DNA of 41,601 nt from a virus (IMGVR_UViG_3300005281_000073:1-41601); one strand, 5' to 3'. Shown: positions 1-8,503, counted from the first letter of the stretch. The notes: generated from the letters alone by a model not told the origin. Numbers and translations: made by a program.

Positions 1-231
1 CCTGCTCCGTGACGCGGCGCGGATCGGATACGACCGCCAGACCGAGGCGTCCGGCCTCCCGCAGATATTCCGCCTGCTCCTCGAGCACGGCGCGCCAGTC
101 GTAACCGCGCTTCGCCGCCATTTCTGGCGCCGAGACAAAGCCCGCACGCACCTCGAGCAGATCGGCCTGCGCGTCCTGCCAGGGATTGACGCTTTCAAAC
201 CGCGGCGGCGACCACTCCGCCGGAACGTCCG
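1..231. repeat. Terminal overlap copy 1 (matches 41371..41601), indicating circularity
   Basis: Direct comparison gives 231 bp with 8 mismatches (68, 98, 122, 125, 126, 131, 143, 146). Confidence 0.95.
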
Positions 232-1483
232 CGGTCGGAATGAGCCCCGCCGTATAAGCCGCCTCGATGAACCAGCCCCAGATACGATCGAGCAGCATCG
301 GGATGACCGTCTGCCACTGCACCTGCTCGACCATCCGGCGGAACTCGTTGAGCCCGGCCCGGCTCGAGCTGAAATTCGCCTGTGACAGGTCGCCGGTCAT
401 CAGTGCATAAGGCACCCGGAAACCCGCCGCGATGATGTGCATCTGCACGAGGTTCCACTCGCGGATGCCCGGCGTGGAGGCGGGCTGGTGGAACTTGATG
501 TCCTTGCCGCCCCGCGCGTATGCGATAAGGCCCGGCTCGAACTGCTCGATGCGCCGCCCGGCACTATCCACCATCTGCGGCGTGACGCCCATCTGCTCCT
601 CGTCGTCGCCGATCACGACGCCGACCAGGCACGCCTCCGTCTTTTTGCGGACCATCTCGGCGACCTGCCAGTCCGCCAGATCCCGGAGCGCCGTCATTGC
701 CGGCGCGCCCCACGGAACGCCACGCGACTGCACGCGCTGGCGCTCGAAAAGATGCGCAACCATGTCCGCCGGCACGCGGACCGATTCATTCCGCGGCGAG
801 AGCATGAGCAGCCGGTCGCCGGGATGCTCCGGGAACATCCAGTAGGCAACCCGCTTGCCGCTGGCGTCGTACTCGATCCCCTGCTTGATCCGCCGGCCGC
901 TCGTCTCCTCGAGCCACTTCGAGTCGTCGAGGTGATCGGCCTCCCGGATCTCGATCTGGAGCGGCACGCCGCCAGCGGCCTCGGCCGCCCGCAACGGCCG
1001 CCGCACCGCGAAAACCTCGCCGCCCTCGATCATTTCCCGGACGGCAAGCACCTGCAGCCCGTAGAAATCCGTATGCCCATGGGCATCGCAGCGGCGCGAC
1101 CAGCGCTCGAACAGCTTGTCCACCCGCCTGTTCAGCGCCTTGTTGCCGGACGCGGCCCGCGGGCGGATGCCATAGCCGACGATATTGTTGACGAGCACCT
1201 GCACCGCCTGGGCGGCCAGCGCGTTGTTGCGCACGAGATCCCGCATGCGGTCGCGCAGGACGGCCCCAGCGGCCGCGATCTCGGCATCCGCCGCCGTGCT
1301 CGCGGTGCGCCAGCCATCCGTGAGACGCCCACGATCCGCCCCCTCATAGGCCCGGCGGAGATTGGCGATCGCCACGCGCGCAGCATAACGGCGCGCCGCC
1401 ACGCGCGGCGCGACAGACGCCAGGGCACGATCCATCAGCCCCCAGCGGATCCCGCCGGAGGATTTGGCTGCAGCCTTCGCCAT
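1..1483 (-). CDS. Phage portal protein, lambda family (5' part; continues across the circular junction into 41291..41370)
   Basis: Hand translation from ATG 1483: MAKAAAKSSGGIRWGLMDRALASVAPRVAARRY...RAYEGADRGRLTDGW...LRDRMRDLVRNNALAAQAVQVLVNNIVGYGIRP. It follows gpW. Joined length is 1563 nt (520 aa). Confidence 0.93.
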   Translation of the reverse strand, partial: MAKAAAKSSGGIRWGLMDRALASVAPRVAARRYAARVAIANLRRAYEGADRGRLTDGWRTASTAADAEIAAAGAVLRDRMRDLVRNNALAAQAVQVLVNNIVGYGIRPRAASGNKALNRRVDKLFERWSRRCDAHGHTDFYGLQVLAVREMIEGGEVFAVRRPLRAAEAAGGVPLQIEIREADHLDDSKWLEETSGRRIKQGIEYDASGKRVAYWMFPEHPGDRLLMLSPRNESVRVPADMVAHLFERQRVQSRGVPWGAPAMTALRDLADWQVAEMVRKKTEACLVGVVIGDDEEQMGVTPQMVDSAGRRIEQFEPGLIAYARGGKDIKFHQPASTPGIREWNLVQMHIIAAGFRVPYALMTGDLSQANFSSSRAGLNEFRRMVEQVQWQTVIPMLLDRIWGWFIEAAYTAGLIPTADVPAEWSPPRFESVNPWQDAQADLLEVRAGFVSAPEMAAKRGYDWRAVLEEQAEYLREAGRLGLAVVSDPRRVTEQ

Positions 1484-1489
1484 CGTGGA

Positions 1490-1699
1490 TCAGCCCCTCG
1501 AAAACCGGACGTAGCCCGCCATCGGGCGCTTGTCCTTGCCACCTTCCGCAGCGGCCAGCTCCGCCTCGATGGTGGCGATGATTTCCTTCATTTCCCTGAG
1601 CGACCGATAGGTGACCCGCTTCCCGTCATAGTCGACGGTGAGCGTGCCGGAGGCAAAAGCCTCCTTGATCGCATTCAGCTGCGCTTGCGTGTACGCCAT
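1490..1699 (-). CDS. Head-tail joining protein (gpW-like)
   Basis: 69 aa, MAYTQAQLNAIKEAFASGTLTVDYDGKRVTYRSL, lying between terL and portal as in lambda. Confidence 0.85.
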   Translation of the reverse strand: MAYTQAQLNAIKEAFASGTLTVDYDGKRVTYRSLREMKEIIATIEAELAAAEGGKDKRPMAGYVRFSRG

Positions 1700-3687
1700 C
1701 AGAACCAGCTCCCTCTCGGCCTGCTGCCGAACCAGGACGAATCCCGGCGCGGCGCGGCTGGCGCCACCGGCCTGTTCGGCACGCCCGCGGGCAGCTCGTC
1801 CTTCCGGCCGGCATCAATCTGCGCTTCCAATTCTTCCCACCGCCGGTCATCCCAGCGGTCGATCCCCATGAGCCAGGCGGCCGCCCGAGCGTAGACACGG
1901 CAGTCCAGCGCCTCGTTGCGCTCGCGGATCTTCTGCCATTCGAGCTTTTGGAAGCCCTGCCTGGTCTTGACCGTGACCAGCTGCTCGGCGGTCAGCTGCT
2001 TGAGCCATTCCGCCGTCACGCCGCCGCGCGGAATATGGATATATCCCGCCGGATAGCCCGAGCCCTCCGCCAGCTCCTCGTCGGTCGGGCGCGAGAGGCG
2101 AAGGAAGCGATACGTCTCCGATTTGAAAACCGCGCCCGACACGTTCCACAGCTGCACGCCGCGCTTGATCTTCCGCCCGCCCTCCGACACGTCGACGTAA
2201 GACGGGCCGTCCACCGGCATGGAGCGGTCGAAACCGCCGCGGCCCTTGACCGCGATCACCTGCCCGCGCCCCATGCGGCGAACCCAGCTGTAAATGGCGT
2301 CCGTATGCATGCCGTCGCCGGTGTCGACGGCAAGCCGCGCCAGCTGCAGCTCAGCCCCCGAGGCATGCGGCCACGTGCGCCCGAGCAGCTCCGTGAGATC
2401 CTGCCAGACTTCCGGCCGGGCCACGTCGCCATCGAGCACGATATGGTCGACCAGCCAGGACTCGAGGTTTCGGCCCCAGCCCCAGACGTCGACCTCGATG
2501 CGGTCCCGCTGCACGTCCGCGCCAGCGGTGAGCAGCAGCACGCCCTCGGGCGCCTGCCCCAGATTCCAGTCCTCCCGGCGCTCGTAGAGGCGCTCCCAAT
2601 CCGGCGCCTCGCCCTTTTCCTGCCAGGTCTCGCCCAGGACCGTGTTTTTCAGCGTCTTGAGCGCCGCATCATTGCCCTGCGCCGCCTCCCACTGCCTGGC
2701 GATATCCTCCCAGGACAGCCAGCCGAGCGGAGAGTAGAGGCCCGAGATGTGAAAGCCGACCACGCCCGCCTTGCGGGCCGCGGCCACCACGTCCTCCGGC
2801 GCCGTGGCGATCCACTGCGCGCCGTTCGCCTCGTCCATCATCCACGTCTTGTGACGCTCGTGGATTTCCGCCTCGCAGTGCTCGCAGACGTAGCACACCG
2901 TCTCAGGCCGGCCCCATTCCCAGTGCAGCCGCTCGAATTTGAGCCACTGCAGCCCGCCGCAATGCGGGCAGGGCACGTGATAGCGCTGCTGGTCGCTCAA
3001 CTCGAACTCCCGCTCGATCCGGGATAGCCCCTTTATCGTCGGCGTCGAGGCGAGAAAGATCTTCGCCCGATGCCCGAACGAGATGGTGCGGGCTTCCGCG
3101 AGACCTATCGGATCACCCTCCCCGTCGACGTCGCCGGGATACGCATCCACCTCGTCCAGAAACACCCAGCGCGCCGGCATGGAGCGCAGGCCCACCGCGC
3201 TATTTGCGCCGGTCAGCACCAGCTGCCCGCCCGGAAAGCGCTTTGCGAAAACCGTATTGCCGGAATCCCTCGAGCGCGACGGCCGCACCAGCGCCCGCAG
3301 CACCGGCGAATCCTCGATCAGCGGCTCGATGCGCTGCTGAGAGAGGCGCTTTGCCAGGTCGACGGTTGGCTGCACCGCCAAAAACGGCCCCGGCGCCCGA
3401 TGCATGACGAACCCGACCCAGTTATTGCCCGCCTCCGTCGCGCCCACCTGCGCCGCCTTCATGAACACGACGCGCCGCGCCGGATGCGACGGCGAGAGCG
3501 CGTCCATGATGCCGCGCATGTATGGCGTCCGCGCCGTCCGATACGGGCCGGCCTCCGAGGCCCCGCGAGACGACAGGATCCGGTGCCGGTCAGCCCATTG
3601 AGAGACGGTGAGCGCCGGATCCGGAGCGAGACCCGCCAGCCATGCCCGGCGGATTTCCTCAGCGCCGTCATACTCAACGAAGCTCAA
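1699..3687 (-). CDS. terL: Terminase large subunit, lambda GpA family
   Basis: MKAAQVGATE Walker A variant, VFLDEVD Walker B, ASTPT, CPHC zinc motif, GADVQ nuclease motif and RNEALDC. Probable TTG start at 3687 overlaps the end of terS; the ORF track extends it to 3795. Confidence 0.96.
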   Translation of the reverse strand: MSFVEYDGAEEIRRAWLAGLAPDPALTVSQWADRHRILSSRGASEAGPYRTARTPYMRGIMDALSPSHPARRVVFMKAAQVGATEAGNNWVGFVMHRAPGPFLAVQPTVDLAKRLSQQRIEPLIEDSPVLRALVRPSRSRDSGNTVFAKRFPGGQLVLTGANSAVGLRSMPARWVFLDEVDAYPGDVDGEGDPIGLAEARTISFGHRAKIFLASTPTIKGLSRIEREFELSDQQRYHVPCPHCGGLQWLKFERLHWEWGRPETVCYVCEHCEAEIHERHKTWMMDEANGAQWIATAPEDVVAAARKAGVVGFHISGLYSPLGWLSWEDIARQWEAAQGNDAALKTLKNTVLGETWQEKGEAPDWERLYERREDWNLGQAPEGVLLLTAGADVQRDRIEVDVWGWGRNLESWLVDHIVLDGDVARPEVWQDLTELLGRTWPHASGAELQLARLAVDTGDGMHTDAIYSWVRRMGRGQVIAVKGRGGFDRSMPVDGPSYVDVSEGGRKIKRGVQLWNVSGAVFKSETYRFLRLSRPTDEELAEGSGYPAGYIHIPRGGVTAEWLKQLTAEQLVTVKTRQGFQKLEWQKIRERNEALDCRVYARAAAWLMGIDRWDDRRWEELEAQIDAGRKDELPAGVPNRPVAPAAPRRDSSWFGSRPRGSWF

Positions 3688-4300
3688 TCTTGACCTCGGC
3701 CAACTCCGCGAGGTGCTGGCGAAGATACTTGTCCAGCACCTGCTCCATGGCGTGAGCGTCGACGCCCAGCTCTGCCGCCATATTCGCCGCCACACGAGGC
3801 GGCCAATTCAGCCACGAATCCCGCTCGCGGCGCGCCAGGTCGAACACATGCGCCGTCGCCTTGGCGCGGTCGACCAGCTCGCCCTTCATCTTCTGCAGCC
3901 GGACCCGCGCCGTCTGCGCTTTCAGGATCTCGTTTGCCATCCGCGCACGGAGAAACGAGACCTGCCCGCCGCCGCCGTCGCCGGGCACCTCGCCAGTGTC
4001 CCGGAGCGTGTCATTGACGGCATCGATGGCCGCCTGCGGAACCGGCTTCATCGCCGGCTGCGGCTTTGCCTCCTCTGCGGCTTCCGCCGTTCCGCCAGCA
4101 TCCGCCTCGAGCCCGAGCTGCCTGGCATGCTTGCCGCGCTGCTTCGCCGGATCCGTATGCGCATCCCACTGCGCATCCGCCTTGACGGGATCGATGGTCC
4201 CGTCCGGCTCGAGCGTGATGCGCCCCGTGGCGATCGCCTTTCGCACCGCCGCCTCAGAGACGCCACGGTGCGCCGCATATGCCCGCCGTGACAGCCCCAT
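3674..4300 (-). CDS. terS: Terminase small subunit (Nu1-like)
   Basis: N-terminal wHTH (SRRAYAAHRGVSEAAVRKAIATGRI), a coiled segment ending in KGELVDR, and position directly upstream of terL. Confidence 0.85.
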   Translation of the reverse strand: MGLSRRAYAAHRGVSEAAVRKAIATGRITLEPDGTIDPVKADAQWDAHTDPAKQRGKHARQLGLEADAGGTAEAAEEAKPQPAMKPVPQAAIDAVNDTLRDTGEVPGDGGGGQVSFLRARMANEILKAQTARVRLQKMKGELVDRAKATAHVFDLARRERDSWLNWPPRVAANMAAELGVDAHAMEQVLDKYLRQHLAELAEVKIELR

Positions 4301-4349
4301 AAGCGACCCTCAGACCCCCCGAGTTAACCGGTCAAAACCCTGATTTTCC

Positions 4350-4400
4350 TCGCATTTTTGCGATTTTTCACTTGCTTTCATCGCAAATCTGCGATACAAA
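4350..4400 (+). promoter_or_regulatory. Putative sigma70 promoter with two palindromic operators TCGCA-N4-TGCGA
   Basis: TTGCTT (4372-4377), 17 nt, TACAAA (4395-4400). Palindromes are TCGCA-TTTT-TGCGA (4350-4363) and ATCGCA-AATC-TGCGAT (4380-4395). Confidence 0.6.
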
Positions 4401-4427
4401 TGTACCAGCAACAAGGGAGACGCCAAC

Positions 4428-4652
4428 ATGACCCGCGACATTCACAGCCTCACCGACCTGATGACCGAAGCCGCGAACGCCCTGATCCAGCGCGACCCGC
4501 ACCGGCTCGAGCAGCTCGAGACCATCGCCAGCAACTGGATGCAGGCCGACAGCGAGCAGCAGGCACAAACCAAGCTCCTGCGCGCGATGATCGAAGCGGC
4601 CTACCTCCTCGCCGACGAGCCCAGCGAGCTCGAAGTCGACGACGCAGCCTGA
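4428..4652 (+). CDS. Hypothetical protein (74 aa, helical, acidic C-terminus)
   Basis: GGGAGA RBS; first gene behind the predicted promoter. Confidence 0.75.
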   Translation: MTRDIHSLTDLMTEAANALIQRDPHRLEQLETIASNWMQADSEQQAQTKLLRAMIEAAYLLADEPSELEVDDAA

Positions 4653-4718
4653 CCCTCGAACCCGAAGCCGGCGGCGCACCAAGTGCCGCCGGGACCCGAA
4701 CCCCACGGAGACACCGAC

Positions 4719-5108
4719 ATGACCAACGCCACGATCCTCGAAACCCGCAACGCCGCATGGGGCTTTTTCGGAACCATGACGCAGGCCGGACATGACGCCG
4801 AATACGCATGGAACGCAGCCAGCGCGGCCATTGCCGACGCGATCGGCGACCACGATAGCTACGCCGCCGCAGGCATCCGCGACTTCCTCGACAGCCGCCA
4901 CGGCCGGCATTTCGCCGACACGGTCGCCGGGCTTATCCAGAGCGGGCTGTCCTTCGAGGTGGCCCTTTCCGAAGCAATCACCCAATGGCAGACTTGGCGG
5001 ATCGACCGCCAGACCAGCCGCACCGAAGGAATCCCCGCCGGCCTGCCCTACCTCACCGGCTGGGTCCAGCACTTTGCCATCCTCGCCGACGAAGCGGCGG
5101 CGCACTAA
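4719..5108 (+). CDS. Hypothetical phage protein (MTNATILETRNAAWGFFGTM...RDFLDSRHGRHFAD)
   Basis: GGAGA RBS before ATG 4719. Resembles a protein type recalled from alphaproteobacterial prophages near terminase genes. Confidence 0.8.
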   Translation: MTNATILETRNAAWGFFGTMTQAGHDAEYAWNAASAAIADAIGDHDSYAAAGIRDFLDSRHGRHFADTVAGLIQSGLSFEVALSEAITQWQTWRIDRQTSRTEGIPAGLPYLTGWVQHFAILADEAAAH

Positions 5109-5140
5109 GCGCCGCCAGCCCCGACACACAGGAGACCCCC

Positions 5141-5239
5141 ATGCTTCAGGACATTTTCAGCCTCATCGCAGTGGTCCTCTTCACCGCCGCGGCCGCGCTG
5201 GTCGCCATCGGCCTCGCGCCGGCCCCGCTTCCGGTGTGA
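5141..5239 (+). CDS. Small membrane peptide (32 aa)
   Basis: AGGAGA RBS; MLQDIFSLIAVVLFTAAAALVAIGLAPAPLPV is a single hydrophobic helix. Confidence 0.6.
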   Translation: MLQDIFSLIAVVLFTAAAALVAIGLAPAPLPV

Positions 5240-5243
5240 CGCC

Positions 5244-5456
5244 ATGACCGCCGACGAATTCAACAGAGCCACCATCGAGCTGGGCGGATCCCGCGCAGAG
5301 CTTTGCCGGCAGCTCGGACTTTCGCTCAACACCGGCACGGCCTACGCCATGGGCCGCGCCAAAATCCCGCGCTATATCGCCCTCGCGATCGCCGCGCTCC
5401 TGGCCGGGCTGCCGCCCTACGGCAGCGAGCCCGAGAAATCGGCACCCCGGCGTTAG
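5244..5456 (+). CDS. Small XRE/Cro-like HTH protein
   Basis: SRAELCRQLGLSLNTGTAYAMGRAKIPRYIALAI fits an HTH pattern. Confidence 0.8.
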   Translation: MTADEFNRATIELGGSRAELCRQLGLSLNTGTAYAMGRAKIPRYIALAIAALLAGLPPYGSEPEKSAPRR

Positions 5457-6181
5457 CCGAGCAGATCCGAGAGATCCGCCAGCGAGAACGCCATATCCGC
5501 CATCTTCACCCGGCCCGCCTCCTTGCGGGCCGGTTTGATTCCGGGCTCCTTCTGCCGCTCGTCCTTCCGCGTCTCCGCCTCCTCTGGATTGGCGCGGTAG
5601 CGGTCATATACGGCCTGGATGATGGCCCGATTATCCTGCGTCTTGCCCGCTTCCTCCCAGAGCGCATCAAACCAGCGCTCGTAAAAGCCGGCCATTTCCT
5701 CGTCGACGTCGATGTCGAATTGCTCCGTCCGCAGGTTTTTGTTTAGGTTCATGCTCGACCGCATCACGGCAGCGCCGCGCTCGCCCGAGACAATAACCAC
5801 CTTCGCATGCACCGCGCAGCAGCGAAACGCATCAAGCCCCAGCACCTCGATCAGCGGCCCGGCATATTTCGGCGACTTTTCAAACGTGCCCCGGTCCAGC
5901 AGGACCCGGATGTCCGTAATTCGACCCCTGACGCGGATATCCCGCGCCCGTTTCACGTCATAAATGCCGGTGGTCCAGGTCGAAATCCGGACCGCCGCCG
6001 GCCCCAGCTCGTCCACCATATGCTCCATGGCGTCGATCGCGGAGAATTGGCCGGCCGTGACGCCCGTCACCCGCACGCCAGGCTCGAGCCGCCCGATAAC
6101 ACGCGCCGCCGTTCCCGTCCGGCTTGCCACCTTGCGCACCTGGCCGGTGGCAAACCGCAGCGCCCGCGGCCGCTCCTTCAC
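5453..6181 (-). CDS. Phospholipase D (HKD)-like nuclease-fold protein
   Basis: HAKVVIV...RSSMNLNKNLRTEQ is a degenerate HxK...SxN...E motif, preceded by VRISTW and IRVLLD strands. Confidence 0.65.
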   Translation of the reverse strand: MKERPRALRFATGQVRKVASRTGTAARVIGRLEPGVRVTGVTAGQFSAIDAMEHMVDELGPAAVRISTWTTGIYDVKRARDIRVRGRITDIRVLLDRGTFEKSPKYAGPLIEVLGLDAFRCCAVHAKVVIVSGERGAAVMRSSMNLNKNLRTEQFDIDVDEEMAGFYERWFDALWEEAGKTQDNRAIIQAVYDRYRANPEEAETRKDERQKEPGIKPARKEAGRVKMADMAFSLADLSDLLG

Positions 6182-6687
6182 GGCCTAACCTCCGCAATGA
6201 GATGGCCGAGGCCGTCCACGTATGGCAGCACGCCATCCGACAGACCGAGCTCGCCGACATCCCGGCCGAGGCAATGCCTCCATTCCAGGCCGCGCGCCAC
6301 CCGATCGACCACAGACACAGCACCGCGCACCTCGAGCGTCGGCACCGGGATGCCGAGAGCGCCGCAGATCGCCACGTCCCAGCGCTCCTGCAGCACCCCC
6401 AGATAACCGGAGCCCATCGCTATCTGCAGAGGCGATGGGATATCCCCGGTGGCGTATTCATGGTCGTCGTGATGGCGCGCCCAGAGCACCACCTCGTCGC
6501 CAAATCCCATCTCACGCGCGATCCGCCCACAGAGCTGCTGGTGCTCGTAGACCGTGATCGCGGCCGGATGCCCGGAGAACCGGCGGATTTCCCGCAGCCG
6601 GAAGCGCATGAACATCACATCCACGTCCTCCGGCCGCGGATTGGCTATGTCCGGCACCATGATTGAGCCGAGTAGCATCGCCGTCAT
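6178..6687 (-). CDS. HD-domain phosphohydrolase (YfdR/YfbR-like 5'-deoxynucleotidase)
   Basis: IRRFSGH...TVYEH...HHDDHEYATGDIPSPL matches the RF.GH/V.EH/HD..E...GD..SP pattern. Confidence 0.85.
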   Translation of the reverse strand: MTAMLLGSIMVPDIANPRPEDVDVMFMRFRLREIRRFSGHPAAITVYEHQQLCGRIAREMGFGDEVVLWARHHDDHEYATGDIPSPLQIAMGSGYLGVLQERWDVAICGALGIPVPTLEVRGAVSVVDRVARGLEWRHCLGRDVGELGLSDGVLPYVDGLGHLIAEVRP

Positions 6688-8084
6688 GCCGCCTCCTTCC
6701 GCACCGCCGCGACCGCCTCGAATGTCCGGCCATCGCCCTCGAGGCGCGCCTCCTGGCCGGTGTACTCCTGCCAGCGGCGCACGATCACATCCACAAACTT
6801 CTCGTCGAGCTCCATAAGCCGCGCCTTGCGCCCCAGCGCATGGCAGGCAATCAGCGTCGAGCCCGAGCCGCCGAACGGATCGAGCACCAGGTCGCCGCGC
6901 TTCGTCGAATTCTCCAGCATCTGCTGGATGAGCCCGACCGGCTTCATCGTCGGATGGTCCGGATTGCGCGCCGGCCTGTCGTAGCGCAGCACCGTCTGGT
7001 CGTAGGTTTCGACCGACAGCTTATCGCCCGAGATCACGAGCACCTGGCCGGCCACGTCGACCTGCACGGTGCCGTCCGGCATAAAGCGCACCGGAGGCCG
7101 CTGCTCCTCGGACACAGTGGTCCGCGTCCGCCCGCCATACCACTTATGCGGAGCGCCCGGCTTCCAGCCGTACAAAATCGGCTCGTGGCGCCACTGGTAA
7201 TCCGACCGCCCGAGCACCAGGCTCGGCTTCACCCAGATTAGGCACCCCGACAACTTGAAACCCGCGTCGCGGAAGGCCGCGCGGAAATTCAGGCCCTCCG
7301 TGTCCGCATGCGCCACATAGATGGGCGCGCCTTTCTTCATCACGTCCGCGGCGACCGAGAACGCGGTCACCAGAAACCGCCGGAACTCCCCGCTTTCCAT
7401 GCGATCGTTTGCGACGGCGCCGGACTTTGCCCGCTTCCCGCCGTCCGCCCGATCAAGCATTTCATTCTTCGCGTGTACGTCCACGTTGTACGGCGGATCC
7501 GTCCAGCACGCGTCGACCAGCTCGCCAGCGCAGAGCTTCTGCATATCCTCGCGCGACGTCGAATCCCCGCACATCACGCGATGATCGCCGAGCAGCCACA
7601 CCATGCCGCGCTCGCTAACCGGCTTGCGCGGCGCTTCCGGCACGTGGTCCGGATCGCCGAGCGACGGCAGCTCGCCCGGATCCTCGAGCCCGCCCAGAAG
7701 ATCCTCCAGCTCCGTGTCCGAGAAGCCGAGCAGCTCGAGGTCGAAACCGTCCTCCTGCAGAGCCGCCAGCTCCTGCGCCAGCAGCTCCTCATCCCAGCCC
7801 GCGTTTTCCGCTATCTTGTTGTCGGCGATGACCAGAGCGCGCCGCTGGCGCTCCGTGAGGTGCCCGAGCACGATGACCGGCACCTTATCGAGCCCGAGGC
7901 GCTCCGCCGCCAGCAATCGGCCGTGGCCCGCGATAATGACGTTATCCGGGCCGATCAGCAGCGGATTTGTAAACCCGAATTCCTCGATAGAGGCCGCGAT
8001 CTGAGCAATCTGCCAATCCGGATGCGTCCGCGCATTGCCGGCATAAGGCACCAGCTCGGCGACCGGCCGAAACTCGATTTTCAA
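6684..8084 (-). CDS. ParB-N-terminal-domain DNA methyltransferase (N6/N4, beta class)
   Basis: NARTH...SIEEFGFTNP...IIAGHGR...ADNK (ParB/Srx domain), then TDPPY, HPTMKP and DPFGGSGST. TTG start at 8084 after a GGAGGAG RBS. Confidence 0.93.
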   Translation of the reverse strand: MKIEFRPVAELVPYAGNARTHPDWQIAQIAASIEEFGFTNPLLIGPDNVIIAGHGRLLAAERLGLDKVPVIVLGHLTERQRRALVIADNKIAENAGWDEELLAQELAALQEDGFDLELLGFSDTELEDLLGGLEDPGELPSLGDPDHVPEAPRKPVSERGMVWLLGDHRVMCGDSTSREDMQKLCAGELVDACWTDPPYNVDVHAKNEMLDRADGGKRAKSGAVANDRMESGEFRRFLVTAFSVAADVMKKGAPIYVAHADTEGLNFRAAFRDAGFKLSGCLIWVKPSLVLGRSDYQWRHEPILYGWKPGAPHKWYGGRTRTTVSEEQRPPVRFMPDGTVQVDVAGQVLVISGDKLSVETYDQTVLRYDRPARNPDHPTMKPVGLIQQMLENSTKRGDLVLDPFGGSGSTLIACHALGRKARLMELDEKFVDVIVRRWQEYTGQEARLEGDGRTFEAVAAVRKEAA

Positions 8085-8103
8085 CGTGCTCCTCCACGAT
8101 TGC

Positions 8104-8145
8104 GGCCGCCCTGGCGCTGGGGAGGAGGACAGCACCAGAGCGGCC
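8104..8145 (-). ncRNA. Cuckoo-like hairpin (16-bp stem, loop UCCUCCUCCC)
   Basis: Minus strand reads GGCCGCTCTGGTGCTG-TCCTCCTCCC-CAGCGCCAGGGCGGCC. Two G-U pairs form only on this strand. Confidence 0.6.
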
Positions 8146-8266
8146 TACCCTACGGCGCGCCCGTGGGATTGAGGCGAGGCAGGCGTGGGGATCCCTTGTC
8201 GATGCCCGGTCCCTCTTCCGGCCGAACGTCCCCTCCGGCCCCAGGCACCGGCCTGCCCCGATCTAG

Positions 8267-8338
8267 TCGCGGAGGCCGGAATCGAACCGGCGCGGCCGTG
8301 GTTATGAGCCACGGTGGGGAGCCAGCACCCTCTCCGCA
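8267..8338 (-). tRNA. tRNA-Met(CAT)-like element, degenerate
   Basis: Acceptor TGCGGAG/CTCCGCG+A, anticodon arm CGTGG-CTCATAA-CCACG, T arm GCCGG-TTCGATT-CCGGC. The D arm is atypical, position 8 is A, and it is followed by CTA rather than CCA. Confidence 0.75.
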
Positions 8339-8429
8339 AAAACCGTCCGCCCGCTGGGCAACAAAAAAGCCGAGATCTGACGATCCCGGCTCAACTTTCC
8401 CAGCCCAGCACCCAGCAGAAAGGCAAAAT

Positions 8430-8470
8430 GCGAACCCGCGAACCCAAAGTGCGAACCTTGGGCGCGAACC
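8430..8470 (-). repeat. Four GGTTCGC repeats, putative cosB/TerS binding sites
   Basis: GCGAACC at 8430, 8438, 8451 and 8464, just downstream of the predicted cosN. Confidence 0.6.
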
Positions 8471-8503
8471 CGAAAAAATCCAGTCACGCTAGAGATTTAA
8501 GGC

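Noticed and set aside
1-231. Terminal repeat as a true direct terminal repeat of the virion DNA
   Set aside because: It lies in the middle of the portal gene, and the phage has a GpA-type terminase and a cos-like site at 8504-8545. Circular assembly overlap is the simpler explanation.
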